A stretch of 64,000 bases of DNA, from NCBI GenBank assembly GCA_027604505.1, contig JADIIX010000056.1:62001-126000 (forward strand). Direction: 5' to 3'. Below, piece after piece: positions 45,258-58,000 of this stretch (positions within the stretch are counted from its first letter, which is position 1; each line of letters starts with the position of its first letter). The stretch comes from Gonapodya sp. JEL0774 (Eukaryota). A program made the translations under genes and the position numbers. Under the pieces are notes generated by a model. It saw only the letters and a program-made list of their open reading frames with translations. It searched no databases and was not told the origin of the DNA.

Positions 45258-47762
45258 ATGGAAACACTGAAAGAGAAAGGGTCCGACTTGGACCTGGTGC
45301 TGATGGGAGGGCAAGTCGCATTCAGCAATGCGGAGGAGAAAGCGGTTGTCCGGAAGGTGGATCTGAGGTGAATGAGATTTCTGGATACGTGGTGTCTGTC
45401 TTTGTCGGTTCAATCGTTTGTGGTTTCTAACTCGGCCTGTTGTTGCCTTTTCGGTATGCAACCCCCACCCCAGACTCATGCCTTGGCTGCTGGTGCTTTA
45501 CTTCTTCTCGTTCGTACAGGGTCTGGTATGAAGCAATCCTCTTTCACGAGGTTCTCATCTCTCTGTCTCCCATAGTCAACTTGATCGTGGAAATCTCGCA
45601 AACGCCAACATAATGAATGCCGAGACCCCAAAAGATACGATGGCTGCACAATTGGGTCTTGTTGGGTCTGATTATAACTGGGCTGTCACAATTTTCTTCT
45701 TTGTGAGCACCAAATTTGTGGAATGAGCGCTCACATCCAGATTGACCGCAAGTTTCCCCCATTCTCGTGTGAATTCACAAGGGATACGTCATCTTTGAAA
45801 TTCCTTCTAATCTCCTTATGAGCAAGTTTACTCCGAGAATCTGGCTCTCCCGTATCTGTATCACATGGGGACTCTGCGCGTTCGTACCAGACTTCCGAGA
45901 AGAGTCATTCTGGTAACCAACTGTACATTATTTTTAACAGAACCCTCATGTCAGCCACTTTCAATGCATCTTCGCTCTGGGCTTGTCGATTCTTCTTGGG
46001 ACTCGCGGAGGCTGGTCTTGCACCGGGCCTTGTTCTGCTCTTGCGGTATTGGTACAAACAGTACGAAGTGCGTGTGCGCGAGATTTGTGTATTTTGCACG
46101 TGACCTCAACACTCGTTACATCAGATTGCATCTCGATTCGCTGTCTGGTACGCGGCAGCTGGCATCGCGACTGGATTCGGCGGCCTCATCGCGGTAGGGA
46201 CAATTCTTTGTCCAACACACCGCTCCCCTCATAACCTTTTGGGTGCCCGCTGTCTTATCTCTCGATAGTACGGAGTTTCCAATATGAACGGTATTGCAGG
46301 CCTTGCCGGTTGGAGATGGTTGTTTATTTTGGAGGTGGGTTCAGTGTGGTCGCAATTCTTGGACTGTAGGGTTCGAGGCATCAATTCCGATTCTAATTCG
46401 TATCGGGTTCTCTATTCACCCCAACTATAGGGTGTCCCGACAATAATTGCAGGAATTGCGAACCTGTTCATCTTGCCAGACTGTGGGTAAACTTTTCTGT
46501 CGAAGGTCATGAAGGTTCATAACTAAGATGATCTCTACAGACCCGCAAACCTGCAAATTCCTCACTGAAAGGGAGAAAGAAGTGCTAATTTCTCGTCTGT
46601 GAGTGACTCATTGGCTGTGGTGTCAAGGGATTCGTTTGTTCACCATCCTGTTAATTTGCAGGCCACCATCTGCGCCATCCATGCACGAGAAAAAGATCCA
46701 GTGGTCCGTGTTCAAAGAAACCTTCGCTGACTACAAGGTTTGCATCTTCGGCATTATTGGATGGCCCTGAACCTGACACACTTCCCTCACGTTCAGGTCT
46801 GGCTCAACATGTTGACTGCAACCTGTCAGATTACCATGCTCTACGCTGCGGCCTACTTCCTTCCTAGAGTCATCGCTGTGAGAGGGAAACCGGCATTCGC
46901 ATTGAATGCTAGTCATTTGGTAACGTCGTCGTTTTGTCTACAATCTAGTCAATGGGTTTTGTCTCCACCACCGCGCAACTGCTTTCCGTGCCCATTGGTG
47001 AGTGTCTCCCGGAGGGCTACAGAGTCAATGTTATATAAGTGCATTGATACCCAATAACTTTTCAGGCGTCGCTACATCCTTCTGGATCGTCGTGTTCAAC
47101 TACTCGTCCGACCGTTTCCAAGAAAAGGGATGGCACTTGGTCGCCACCATTGTGCCTGGTATCGGTAGGTGTACGAAGTCATAAAACTGATATTGCAACG
47201 ATCAAATAGCTGTTATACTCCCACAGTTTGCTACGCCCTCCTCGCGACCATCCAAGCCAATCTCACTCCGTACCAGCGCTATGGTGTCTTGTTCCTCGGC
47301 ACGACAGTTTCGTCTGGAGTGCCGATCGTTTTGACTTGGAGATCTGTGTTAATCGGTGGAACGACCAAGACAGCGATAGTGACTGCGTAAGCTGAACTTG
47401 ATCACAGTCGGGCAAATGAACTGAACACTTACGTGTAATCACCTCGTCCAAAGTGCGTTGGGAGCTGCTGGCAACGTCGGAGGCGCTATTGGGGGACAAA
47501 TCTATCAGAATTCTGATGCTCCCTACTGTGAGTTTGCGTAACCGAAAGCAAAGAACTAGCACTTCGGCTCTTGAAGCTCACAGGTTCGCGTTTCCTTTCA
47601 GTCTACACTGGACACAAAGTGTTATGCGGTCTTCTGACGGCCGAGTTGGCGCTTGCGCTTATTCACTGGTATGTCTCAATTCCCGACGAAAAGCGTGTGA
47701 AGGCAGAACGGGCGGACCAAGACCTAAGGCAGAAGGCTTCGGAGGCATCGCATCAGAAGTAG
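45258..47762 (+). CDS. MFS transporter, ACS (Dal5/Tna1-like) family
   Basis: EEKAVVRKVDLRLMPW, QLDRGNLANA, TIFFFGYVIFEIPSN, CRFFLGLAEAGLAPG...YWY, GLAGWRWLFILEG, FLTERE, SDRFQEKGWH, GTTKTA, GQIY...DAP. Confidence 0.9.
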
Positions 47763-48062
47763 ACCGATATACCAAGTTTCGTAGACTCTTCTAACTTCGT
47801 CCACTACACATTAATACCGGCAATACATTAATGATATGCCGAATAACGGAGTTGGTGCATGGGGATGTTGACCAAATGATGCCGAGAGGAGCAAGATAAA
47901 CATTCTCCTTCCAGTGTAGTCAAAACATGTTCGTGTTCGTGAAACACTTTCATGGGACAAATCGTTCGGAAACATGTACTAATGGAAAAATGGAGTCCCT
48001 TGGCTTGGCGTCTGCGGTGACCTTCGACCATAATATATCTGCCTCCTTCCCCCTCCGGTCCA

Positions 48063-48092
48063 CCCCCCCCCCCCCCCCCTCAAAAAAAAAAA
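48063..48092. repeat. Adjacent homopolymers C17 and A11
   Basis: CCCCCCCCCCCCCCCCC TC AAAAAAAAAAA in the intergenic region upstream of the LRR gene. Confidence 0.9.
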
Positions 48093-48214
48093 GGGCTTAA
48101 ATTTTTGCTTGAATTTCAACTGTCCATGTTCCGCGAGGTGTGCTCGAGATTCGTGCGAAGTATTTACGGCGAAGAAGTGAATTTCAGGGAACACCGACAC
48201 TCGATACTCTCGAT

Positions 48215-49961
48215 ATGGCAAGCACACTAACTGTGACCTCGAGCTTGCACTCTACAGCACCACTATCTGCCGCGCAGAGGAAACCCACCAAAGGTGCCCT
48301 TTCGCGGGGAGCCACTCGGACAGCGGGCCCGAAAACGCACCGCAAGTCAGCGAAGACGAAAGATCATGCAGCACCAGATTCGAAAGCTGGAGCTATTGGA
48401 GCACAAACGGTAGATGTTGCAGCCAAGGACCCAGCGGGAGAGCACGCGGTGCCCGACACAGAGAGAATTGAATGGGCAGACGATTTGAGCTGGGATGTTG
48501 ATTTTGCCAAAGTTGATGGTAGGTCTTCTTATTAGAGCTTCAAATTGACCGTTCGGTTTCGGCAATGAAGGCACAAGATCATCGTAAAACGTAATCAATT
48601 GCGCTGTCTTTGTTGCGCAATCAATGACCAACATCGTGAACCGTAGATCTTTTGAACCGCCGTGATTCCACAGCCTCCTCGTACACTGAAGCGTGTCGTC
48701 TACTTGGTGTGAATCCTGTTCGGCACATTGCAGAGAATTGGAGCGAACGGGAACTTGGGTTGTCAAACATGACACTCGGAGGACCGCAAGGAACGGAAGC
48801 TCTTGCTATCGCCATGGCGGTGAGCGAAGATGGACCCTGCTAGATCTATCCCATGTATCCTTATATTGACCCGATTCGACAGCTAGACAAACAAGACAAT
48901 CAGCAACCTCAATCTCGCGAACAACTCCTTGGGTGAAAACGCAGTATCGCTGTTTCAGCAACTTGCGTCGAATCGGACTCTTACCCATTTAAACTTGAGC
49001 GGAAACCGTTTCGGCGGAACTCCGCGCTATCTTCCCTCACCTGAAACGTCACCCGGGGCAGTAGCTCACATCCTCCAACTCTCGCCTGCGTACCTCCCAC
49101 ATCCAAGTGCAGCCATGCAAGCTCTCGCCGAGTACATGGGGTACACCTCAACTCTTCGTGTGCTTATACTCCGCAATAGCGCACTTGGAGATCTCGATGC
49201 GTTAACTCTCGCGCAGGGAATCCGTGGGAACTCCAGTTTGGAGGTACTTGATTTGACTCAGAACGAAGTTGGAGATGTTGGCGTGCTAGCCCTCGCGGAC
49301 GGAATCAAGGCTACTGCCATCAAAAAGTTATACTTAGGTGCCGTGCTGATCATGAGTACTTGCAAATGATTTCTAGTTGAAGTCTTGTTGCATTTTCAGG
49401 ATCCAATTTCCTTCGACCACCATCGATTCCCCACTTTTGTCAGCAACTCGCAACTGTGCAGCTCACACATCTCGATGTTTCTCGCAATGGAATAGCGGAC
49501 ACTGGAGCAATAGCTCTAGGTTCTTGGGTGACGCGGAATCCAGCTTTGGTTCTACTCGACGTTTCCGAAGGTAGAATTGGAGATACTGGTGCAGCGGCCC
49601 TCGGAAAGGCAGCAGGAGATGGGAAACTTGAAGAATTATACATCGGAAGAAACCCTTGTGAGAGACTTTTGCTCGTTTCTTTCATTCTTAAAATAACACG
49701 CACAATCACTCATTCTCAATACTTACAATGAATTTGTAAGTCAATGATCAGGGCGCTCTCCCTATACTCAAAGCCGCGTCTTTGAACATTGCACTAAAAG
49801 TTTTGTCAATTCCAGTGAGTGACCTGCGTTCACGGTCACTTGCAACATTCTTGCCTGACGTACATCACAACGTCAAGGGCATACGACTTTCTCACGACGC
49901 TAGAACCAAGCTGGACGACTTGAGGCGCGAGAGAGAATCACTTAGGGTAATAGTTGATTGA
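48215..49961 (+). CDS. RNI-like leucine-rich repeat protein (LRRC74-like)
   Basis: WDVD...YTEACRLLGVNPV...LGGPQGTEALAIAMATNKTISNLNLANNSLG, followed by repeated L..L.L..N.+GD.G...LA units. Confidence 0.75.
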
Positions 49962-50321
49962 TGGTTGAAAGCTAGAACACGAAAGAACGAGCAGAGAAAG
50001 TTAGTTTCTTTACAATATCATTATCGTGGTCTTCTAGTTGGTGAGTTGCGAACATTTGGAGATATGATTAGGCAGCTGCTTATGGTCCTTGGGGAACTAA
50101 TGGCGAAACACCGAACGCTTCCGCAAGCGACAAGCACGAAGGCTGATTGATGTATTCCGTGGTTGCCCGTATTGATCGTGCATTTAAAACGGACTTCGGA
50201 GATTTGTGTGGCACCTGCGGACGAGCCCCACCCGGCCATTGCGGTAACACCCATTTATCGGAGGGAACACCACTCACTCACTTCCCTTGCCCTCCTCACT
50301 CCTTCATTCTGTTGAGGTTCA

Positions 50322-50872
50322 ATGCCGCGCGTCACTACAAACACCACAAACACCACAAACACCCCTTTCGTCTATCAAAATTTGAACTCTAAGCCTTCCA
50401 ACCCTTTCACTCGGCTGGGTGTTCGAGTGCGTGATGCATACTATTACTATCGGGTGGAAACTGGAATTTATATGCTTGATGCCTGGGAGGCTGCCATCTT
50501 CAGTACGTTCTCGTTCAATAAGGCGGGACGTACTTGTCTGGTCCGCGTTGCGAGGCTGTGTGGGTCTGACTCAACACTGCCATTCACGGCTACGGAAACT
50601 GTGGATGTGTGGTCTTTTTGCGCTTTTGTGGAGTTCACGGATTCTATCCTCACGGGTGGCTGATAGTAACATGTGTTCCCGCCTTCACCCCCCCAGACTC
50701 GCTGGTTCTTGTCGTTTTGACACTGGCTATCTATGCTGGCGTGACCTACTCGCCAGCGTGGATGGAGAGGTCTCAACATTTTCTTCTCTACCTTGGTGGT
50801 GGAGAACAGACGCCTTGGGCGGTTCCTGTCCGTATTGCACTGGATGAGAAGCACGCTATCCCGAGCACTTAG
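50322..50872 (+). CDS. Serine palmitoyltransferase small subunit (ssSPT/SPTSS-like), 2 exons
   Basis: Spliced: ...YYYYRVETGIYMLDAWEAAIFNSLVLVVLTLAIYAGVTYSP..., matching the YQY....YMLEPWE..+FNS plus TM-helix signature. Confidence 0.8.
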
Positions 50873-51181
50873 CACAGCTGTGCTCGGTATTTGGGGACAA
50901 TCCCGTGATGACAAGAGAAAATACTTTAATCCACCGCATTGTGTATACGTGATCACCATACTATATCGACACACTTTATGAACAGGCACTTTTGAAGTTT
51001 CCGAACTCGCTGTGAGCAAGTTGTACATGAAGGAAATAGGGAAGAAGACGATCCCGCAAATTCGTGGGGAAACCATATTTTTGCGGGAATAGGATCCGGC
51101 TCACGGCTAAATAGATTTGCGCATATAACTACTCGCTGGCAATTTCTATCCCACGATTCATCAGCGTATTAGCTCACCAAG

Positions 51182-51946
51182 ATGACTCTCACTGTTACCG
51201 TGAGTGAATTCTGGACCTGGACCCATATTCAGTTCCTGCCTCATGTCTTTGACTTGTGCACCACAGCTCGGACGGGAATACGCTGCCGTCATTGTCTCTC
51301 TGTTGTCGTCAGTCGTCGTCGATTCCTATCTCGGAGCGAAAGTTGGCCGCGCCCGCAAGGAATTTGGTGTACCGTGAGTGCATTTTAAGATGAAGAACGA
51401 CCAAAAGTTTGAATGTTCTCCTTGGTCATCCCTTTGCATTCAGCCTTCCATACCTCTATGCCGATTCTTCTTTCGGAGAGAAAGGAAAGAGGTTTAACTG
51501 CGTTCAAAGGGGACACATGAATAGTGAGACCACGGTTCCCACCATTCTGATGTACTTCAACCCTTCGGTATACATACCGAACAATTTTCTCTCTGTCTCT
51601 TTACAGCTGTAGAAAAGTATCCTATCTACATCATCCTCCAGGTTCTGTCAAGCTTCGAGTATCCCCTCATCTCCGCAGGTTTGGGCATGACATATCACCT
51701 TGGTCGGATTTTGTACTTCAACGGATACGCCGCGGGAAATCCAAGCGGGAGGTCTAGGGGATTTTTTGGGTGAGGACCGAAATCCTGTGATTTGAAAGAT
51801 TAGATGCCCACGCTGAACTGCCCCCCTCAACCAATCTAACCTCAAACCATCCCAACCGCCTCATTTCTAATTCCAGGTACTTGGGATCGCTCGGAATGAT
51901 AGGACTTTCAGTCAAATTTGCATATACTCTTGCAACGACAGCATAA
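51182..51946 (+). CDS. MGST3: MAPEG family microsomal glutathione S-transferase 3, 5 exons
   Basis: Spliced: MTLTVTLGREYAAV...KVGRARKEFGVPLPYLYA...FNCVQRGHMNTVEKYP...GRILYFNGYAAGNPSGRSRGFFGYLG...; FNCxQRxHxN is the MGST3 signature. Confidence 0.9.
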
Positions 51947-52050
51947 TACAAACAAAATTAATAGCACAACGGTTTTTTAGGGAAAGTTCCTCTTATCAAG
52001 GTGACTTAAGGGTGAATTCCGCGCATGGTTGTGACACTGAACAGGACAAC

Positions 52051-55000
52051 TCAGCCAAGTAGACTGTCGACCTCGATCAGCTTGTTGTCAAGTTCTGATC
52101 CGAGGAGGCCGTCAGGTATCCACGGGTCTAGGGAATCAAAGGATCTTGGACTGACACTGACAATGTCCGTAACGGGCAACGAGATTGGCAGGAAGAACTG
52201 CAAGTTCCCGTACTGATCACCATCTGGTCTACGTGCACTCAGAGTCTTGAAAACTTCCGGTGGAACTGGGTCCTCAAAGTCCGTCGACGTGTACAGGGAG
52301 AGTAGTTGACGAATTTGTTGAACTGAGAGGTGCCGGCCAACATCCAAAATTGTGTCCACATCCCGGGCAGTTCTCTTAGGCAGCTGCAAGATTTCAATAG
52401 CTTCTTGTAGACAACTGGTGTACCGATCGGCTTCCCTGGCTCGATTCTTTGTCCATTCTGTCAGTTTAGTCACGTTGAATCTGAGTTGAGCGCATCGTCG
52501 AAAATTTGCGAAAGACTTTCGCGTAAGAAGCTCGTTGAATGCGCGGTAGCTGGCGATGCGCACGAGCTCGCAAAGAATCTGCTCTGCCAAAGCTGAATCC
52601 AGCACGAAGCAAATAAGGCCTGAGATGCCACTCACATCAGATCAGTGCCACAATATTGACCAAACTCACCGGGTTCGACATAGAAAATCTTAAAAAGTGT
52701 CGATACTTGATTCAGAAAAGACTCTAAATCCCGAATAGAGGCTTTTTTGGTGTTCGTCTGGCTTCCAAAGCCCCACCAACTTTTCGCCGGTGCTTGTGGA
52801 CGTAACGCCACAGCAGTCGGTACCTCTGAAAGAAAAACAACTTACACCTGAGAACCTACAGGTTGACCGCCGGTCAGAGGAACACCCCACCTTCGTAGTC
52901 GATAAGAGCGTCAACTGCGAGCACTTCCAGTCTCTTTCTCATTCCGACAAGCCAACTGTTGGTTACCGATAAGAATCCTTGATAAGCGGCAATTGAAGCA
53001 GATTCCAATTTAGCGAGATTCTCTTCAACGGCATCAGGCTGTGTGATGCAGATGACTTTCTAAGCATCTTTTTGAGAGATAGCAGAATTGCTGTTTTCCC
53101 ACCTTGGAGACTTCCAATGATTTTATGTGATCGAGGATTGACCACAGTTCAAACGTATTTCCCATCCAGAACACAAACTTTTTATCGTCCGCCCGTTTCT
53201 GAAAATGACGCCATCCCGGGATCAGCACCTTGGAATGTTAATTGATCCCTAGTCCGAACTCACAAGGCTTGATTCTATAGCTCGGACACTATCCCTTACG
53301 AAACGATCCGCGCGTCCGACCAAACCAATGTGCACGTAATTGTCGAGGAATGTACCCATCAGCTGCGCTGGATACATAATCTCTGATCTGTTCTGTGCAC
53401 CATCAGGGACGACAAGATCCAGCACCAACGTCCGAATAATGACGTCCTTCAATCCATCATCATCGAGAATCAGTCTCGCTTGTTCCATGTTAGGATCTAC
53501 CGTTTGTTCAAATTCACGCTCTTCGATGGATGATACGACTGGGATAGTGTGGGCGGAATTTTCGAGAATTCGTTCCGACGTTCGAACTTGAGATCTACTT
53601 CTCTCATTTCTTGAACCTCGAGAGGTGGAGCGGGGTCGGCTGACCCCAAGACGCATGGATGTCGACGCATTGCTCTTATTCGACGAGGTTCTTCCTACTC
53701 CTCGGCGCGAATTTTCAAAGCTCGCTCGTGCGAGTTCTACTTCCAGTTCCTGGATCCGTGCGTCCTTTATAGACAATGCCTCTGTAGCTGCCGCAGTAAC
53801 ACCCTTCAGTTCCAATATTTCACTCTCGCGTTGACGGAGACTATCCGTCAAGTCTTTGAGAGTACGCTGGAGTTCGCTGTTCACTTGCAATGCCTGTCTT
53901 CTGGCCTCACCAGCCGACTTCAGCTCTTCAACCTTCTCTTCAAAAAACTTCTCTCTTTGTTGAAGGTGCGCTTTGGAGACCGTGGAATCAGATATGTCGG
54001 CGACCTTCATTAAACATTGGAAATTCATTTCTCCGTCATGTTACCTGAAATACCAGCATTCGAATGCAAACTCACCCGTGATTTGAGACGTTCTGTGTGC
54101 TCCTGTAAAGCCTTGATCGTAATTTCGTACTGGGAGTTCTGAGCAGTTGCACGTGCCAACGCATCATCCCGGTCCTTCAACTTCTGGGAAAGCTCGAATA
54201 CCTTTGAAAGCAAACATTCGTTGAACCAATGAGCTAACACCACGTGAGTCTGACCGTTCCCACCTTCCTCTCCAAAAGGTTGGCTTTCTCCTTGAAAGTA
54301 TTGATCGATTTCGCTTCAACTTTCAGTTTCTTCAACACTTTTTTGGCAAGGAATCTTCGTACGCAAGCTTGTGCATATATAATAAGCTTTATCCGCCGCT
54401 TGGCAGGTACAGCCCAAAGTTTTGCCGCCCTGATAGTCCGAACCATGGTGCGGAGTTTAAGCGACACTTCCTCGCGGCGTGCAAGTCTATCCCTCCAAGC
54501 TGCGGTTAGGAGGTTGCCGTTCAAAAGATTAAAAGTACCGTATCATGGAGAAAATAATGCGAGGTGATTGTACCTTTCTGGATCTTCTTGATTTGTTGGA
54601 GCCTGGCATATCCCCGCCAGTACTCAGCGATGACCTGCAGTCGCGCAAGACGCTCGGCTCGAAGGCGCTTTGCGAGTTTTCTCACGACATAACCTCGGTA
54701 AACTGGAAAGCCCCATCACTCAACTGTGCGAATGAAATCAGGGGACTAACGGTGACCCTCACATTTCTGGATGACAATCGCCGCTTGCCACCTCTTTTTC
54801 CTCATCATATGCCGATCAAAGCTCTTCTTGAAAAGAAGCGCGACGCCTGCGATGGGGCGAAGGACGTGAGTATTGAGTTGTTGCTGCGTCAAGCAACAAC
54901 TGACCATTGTACCGCTCAGTCCTTCTTTTCTCTAGAAGGCGAGGAGGTTGAATGTTCCGTTTCTCTGTATTCATAAATGTTAACTTCATACCAATTCTCA

Positions 55001-58000
55001 CCCAAATCCGCCTGAATTCCTGTTCGGAAGAACACTTTGGTCTTGCCCAACCCGTACTTGTCGTGCTCAGACACATGTGCATTTACGATAGCAGCTGTAA
55101 ACTGCTTCGGATCCTCCCAGTTCCAATTCTTGGAGCGAATCAGGATGAAGTATCGCTCAACGAAAGTTGCATAGTCCAATCGCGAGGGATAGCCAGCCGA
55201 CGAAATGCGGATGGTTTCCAGGACGCCACATGCACTGAACACACCTATATTTTAGAATGGTCGGAAATAATGTGATTAGCCAGCTCCACTAACCGTAACT
55301 GTGACATCGTCATGGCAGGTTCGAATCCGAATGGTGTCTTTGTCTGGTTGGGTTTGATACCTACATAGGAGGCGAATATTGTTGATGCCCATAACAGACT
55401 GTATTCCCAGCACTGAGAAAACCTACACCGAATGTAGTGAACCTCGGTCGACCGGATTGTTCTCATAAGTTCCCCCAGTGATGCTTTAAACATGCTGCCG
55501 AGAGTTTTTTGTCTCATCGTTCCCTTCCCGAGTGTTTTGGTTCTGTTCAGGCCTGAACTCTCCGGGGAATTAAATCTACCCGGTAAACGTCCGCTCTCTG
55601 TCGTCACAGGTGTCGCTGGAGTCCCTTGCACCTCATTTGCCAGGCTCTTCGAAAGCATTTCGCGTAAAAGATCGAATTTCGTGTCAAGGAGAACCTGCTT
55701 CTGCTCGTCCCGAACCGTGTCCCTATTTTTCTCGAGGAAACCATCCACATCGTAAGTTACCGCAACTGCGTAATGCTTCACAGTGAAAGTTGTCTTCCCA
55801 AATCTGGGCTTCTCGAAAAATGCATTCTGTGGGGGTTGTGAAGCAGCTTGCTCCTTTGCTTTAGGTCCAGATGCTTGGGGTGAGAACTGGTCATACAAAC
55901 GCTGAGCAAACTTCAAGTCATCCGAAGACGCTAGTCTGGACTCCTCGTCCAGTACATCAAGTATGCCCATGCGACCTTCAATCAGTTCAATACAAGGTTG
56001 ATTGTCATTGAAATCGATCGTGGTCCACGGGAGACCCTCAGCAAGGTACTCTTGTTGTTGTAGCTTAAACACGTGGAGGTTGAAATCTTGCTGTAGTTTC
56101 TCTGGAAAGCCAATACTCAAAAGAGACTCGTTTTCCCTGAAATGCGACTTTAGAAGAACACTCACCGTTCGCGAAGTTCTATTCACACACCAAGTAAAAA
56201 GGTTGGTCAGAGCAAACAACATCACAAGCGTAAAACCTCTTCCCAACTCACGATACAGAACTGCTCGAACGAGTTCTTTTTGAAATATTCGAATCCTAAA
56301 CCAACACAGCGTTCCAGCGTCGTCTTAAAGACAATGCAAGGCTTCCCTCACCATAGATGTCCAGAACCCCTATGAAAATGTCTTCAGGTGAAGTTCCACT
56401 TGCCTGTGACATTTGAGCGTCGCCACCTTTGCCACCTAGCGCAGCATTGACAACTCCAACTACCCAATCAAAAACTCCCGAATAAACAACTTTGGCCACG
56501 GAGTCTCTAGCAACTATCGCCTGAGGCCCAGTGAGTGGTTTCTCTACCATATCAGCTCCGAGTTTGAGTTGCCGCTTTATGAGCCACCGACGGAAAGCTA
56601 TTTTGTCGACTCCGAGCAACTTGCACGTCTGGGCCAGGGCCGAATCATCCTCACGAACTTCGGCGTCTGATTTATCCGCCCCTCCAATTTTGATGTTGCC
56701 CATATGAATAACAGCTGCGCATACCCGAAACAATTCCCACTGCTTTGAAATGCTGATACCAACTTCGCTGAGACCCTCCTGTGTGGCTCGGAATTCCGCA
56801 ACGTCATCGACCCCGGGAATCGCTCCCTCACCGCCTTGTCGCAGATACTCGTACTGATCCCACGAGCCGAGACCGAGCTCCCGTCGCTCAGATAACGGAC
56901 ATCCGGCACAAAGTTGATAAAATATGTGATAAGAGCGCTCCGTCGGCAATTGGGTTACGACACGCGATCGTTCGAGGAGGTAGGTGCGGAGCCGAGCGCC
57001 AATAATTCGCAGGCGTGATGGTGGTACCCACTCGTTTGGACCCCCTCTCCGTGGATGGGAGTGCCCACGTGGTACGGCTAGAAGGATCTCTGTGTACTTC
57101 CCAAAACGAGAAGAGTTATCATTACGTGTCGTTTTGGCGTTGCCAAAGGCTTCCGTGATGGGGTTAGTGGCGAGCACGGCCTGCTCAACACTGGACGATG
57201 CTTGTTGCTGTTCCTGTTCCTGTTGCTGATATTGCTCTAATTCCGCTGCACTTGCTAACGAGTTAGATCTTGAGTGCTCTCCAATTGAATCGTCATCGTC
57301 TGCTCCAGATGCCCGCTCCGCTGCAGCAAAATAGCGCATAAGGAACTTGGCCGATTGTGTTTTTCCAGCTCCCGATTCGCCTGAGCACACGACAGTCTGG
57401 TTGCGCCCAGAGCGCTTGAGGTCGGAATAGGCCTCTGAGGCAATGGCGAAGAGGTGAGGAGGCAGGGTGCGCGAGGGGTGTGGGGCAGAATCTATTAACA
57501 TGCACAGGAAAATCAAGACATGCCCCAGTGGGAAATGAGTGGCTGTGTCACATAAAGAACAAGGACGGCCCTCAGTTGAAGGATTTGCCTTCCGTCACTC
57601 ACACGCTCTCATCACCTCCTCTGTGTAAAGCGCCAGGCTTTTAAACGGATTGACCGCGACCAGCACGATACCCGAATAGGTATAAATTTGACCCAAGTCA
57701 ACGAACCGAACCCGAATGTTATGAAGAACTGACAATTTGATGTACGGAGAAAGGGACCATGTCAGGCACTGGAAGGATTGAGAGAGAAAGAATACCGGCC
57801 ATAAATGCCACTGCTCGTTTTGTCGATCCACCGTCATCTGTTAATAGTCCCGTCAACTCATTTGAGTCATCCCTCGGGCTTCCGGCATACCACCAACCCT
57901 GTCAGGTCATCAATCCTTTCTTTTCCGTCTACTAAATTGCATCAAGCTTTGATGAACATATTCGGCAAGCTTTGCCACTCACTTCCGGGCTCGTTCAAGT

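Noticed and set aside
47390..47430. TPP-riboswitch-like TGAACTTGATC in an MFS intron
   Set aside because: It lacks the upstream CTGAGA/ATACC and downstream GATAAT..CAGCG..GGA elements.
51055..51082. U6 snRNA 3'-end-like sequence (CGCAAATTCGTG...CCATATTTTT)
   Set aside because: No ACAGAGA box or AGC/ISL region is visible upstream, even allowing for an intron. It is better explained as a local hairpin or chance match.
55318..55328. Perfect B-box / tRNA T-loop GGTTCGAATCC
   Set aside because: It lies within a myosin coding exon (antisense). There is no cloverleaf, T-stem or A-box.
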